From: a virus
Taxonomy: Duplodnaviria > Caudoviricetes
IMG/VR virus record: IMGVR_UViG_3300042923_000752
Location: 1-33,234 of that record
Length of the DNA stretch: 33,234 bases
Strand: one strand, 5' to 3'
Numbering within the stretch: the first letter of the stretch is position 1; every line of letters begins with the position of its first letter. The notes beneath the pieces were generated by a model. The model searched no databases, was not told where the DNA came from, and worked only from the letters and a program-made list of their open reading frames with translations. Position numbers and translations under genes: made by a program. Of the stretch, positions 32,357 through 33,234 are shown in pieces.

Positions 32357-33234
32357 TTCAGGTGGATCGTTTAACTTGTCCGGTGGATCGGTTGAAGGCT
32401 TGTCGATAGCTTCGTCCACTTCCTGCTGCTTCTGGGATCGGTTGATGTCGATAATCTTCCGATTCGCCGGAAGGGTAATGACCTCGCCTCGCTTGTTCGG
32501 AAGTTCCTTCTTCCCTCGACTGTTCCTTACCTCGTCGATTGTATCGACTCCCCGGTCTAGATATACGGCGTCAATGTCTGCTTTCAGCTTTTGATGCTTG
32601 AGCGACGTTTCATAATGGAATTTGAATTCGATCTTGCCGCCCATGTGGAAAATGCCGTCTATGATGTACCGATTGATATGCTCGACGATATTCTCGGCTA
32701 CAGTTTGGACGGTTGCGTCTGTATCGTCGTCTTCGCTGTCCGCCGTGTTGCGGTTGACATCCTTCGTCTGCCCGAGCTTCTTCGGACTGATCCCGAAGGC
32801 GATCGCGATGACCTCGATTAGGAATCGCTGCCACTCAAGAAACAAAGCCTTGTCATCCGTCGCGCCAAGGTCAATGACGCTCGGGTTATCAGCCCCGATC
32901 ACCGGCATATGTCCCTGCCCCATAACTTCGTCGTTCCAATACTTAGTAAAGGCTTGGACCTTGCCTCCGTTATCCTTACCGAGATTCAGGATTTTGCGTA
33001 TGAACGCGTTCTTAGCCTGCTTCCCGGCGCTCCGGTGCGATTCGATAAAGTTATTGACGGATTCCCATACCGTTTCCAAAGGCGCAAGACCAAACGGTGT
33101 ATTCGTTCGCGGATTCATCCGGATATACATCATTTCCGAGTCCGTCAAATGGACATAGCTGCCGTTCACGCGCTGCGCATATCGATACGACTTCGGGCTT
33201 CCGTTCCAATTCGGATACAACTCAACCAAGAACG
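32342..33234 (-). CDS. Portal protein, 5' end outside window
   Basis: MYIRMNPR...FGLAPLE...FLEWQRF...IAIAFGISPKKLG...DVNR...TIDEVR...G. Confidence 0.92.
   Translation of the reverse strand, partial: FLVELYPNWNGSPKSYRYAQRVNGSYVHLTDSEMMYIRMNPRTNTPFGLAPLETVWESVNNFIESHRSAGKQAKNAFIRKILNLGKDNGGKVQAFTKYWNDEVMGQGHMPVIGADNPSVIDLGATDDKALFLEWQRFLIEVIAIAFGISPKKLGQTKDVNRNTADSEDDDTDATVQTVAENIVEHINRYIIDGIFHMGGKIEFKFHYETSLKHQKLKADIDAVYLDRGVDTIDEVRNSRGKKELPNKRGEVITLPANRKIIDINRSQKQQEVDEAIDKPSTDPPDKLNDPPEDTAE

Larger units (their letters stand above)
1..33234. mobile_element. Temperate siphovirus-type phage, partial genome in attP-joined order
   Basis: Continuous phage modules; integrase and lysis cassette adjacent across an intact att region; long tape measure and no sheath gene. 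Confidence 0.93.

Overview
The whole window is one temperate siphovirus-type phage of a spore-forming Bacillota host (Paenibacillus/Cohnella-like by gene families; host not provable here). It appears in attP-joined (excised, circular or virion) order. From left to right: a leftward early/replication operon (partial DnaN-like beta clamp, ArpU-type late activator, HNH, replication initiator with internal iterons, Cro), a Cro/ImmR switch with four 15-bp operators, ImmA-type anti-repressor, large serine integrase, attP, an AT-rich accessory island (SOS-boxed orphan, hicAB, HEPN-motif protein), then the leftward lysis, tail and head modules ending in a partial portal gene. Main observations: (1) attP carries a promoter, RBS and the first 12 codons of ychF, predicting integration into ychF with a replacement 5' end; (2) the late activator has a clamp-binding-like motif (QLSIL) and sits directly upstream of a phage-encoded beta clamp; (3) a LexA-boxed orphan beside attP is a candidate recombination directionality factor; (4) RBS-sequestering hairpins with embedded promoters occur at arpU and at a tail moron; (5) the tail chaperone overlap needs a +1 rather than -1 frameshift. 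Family calls are from motif recognition by eye; no database searches were run.
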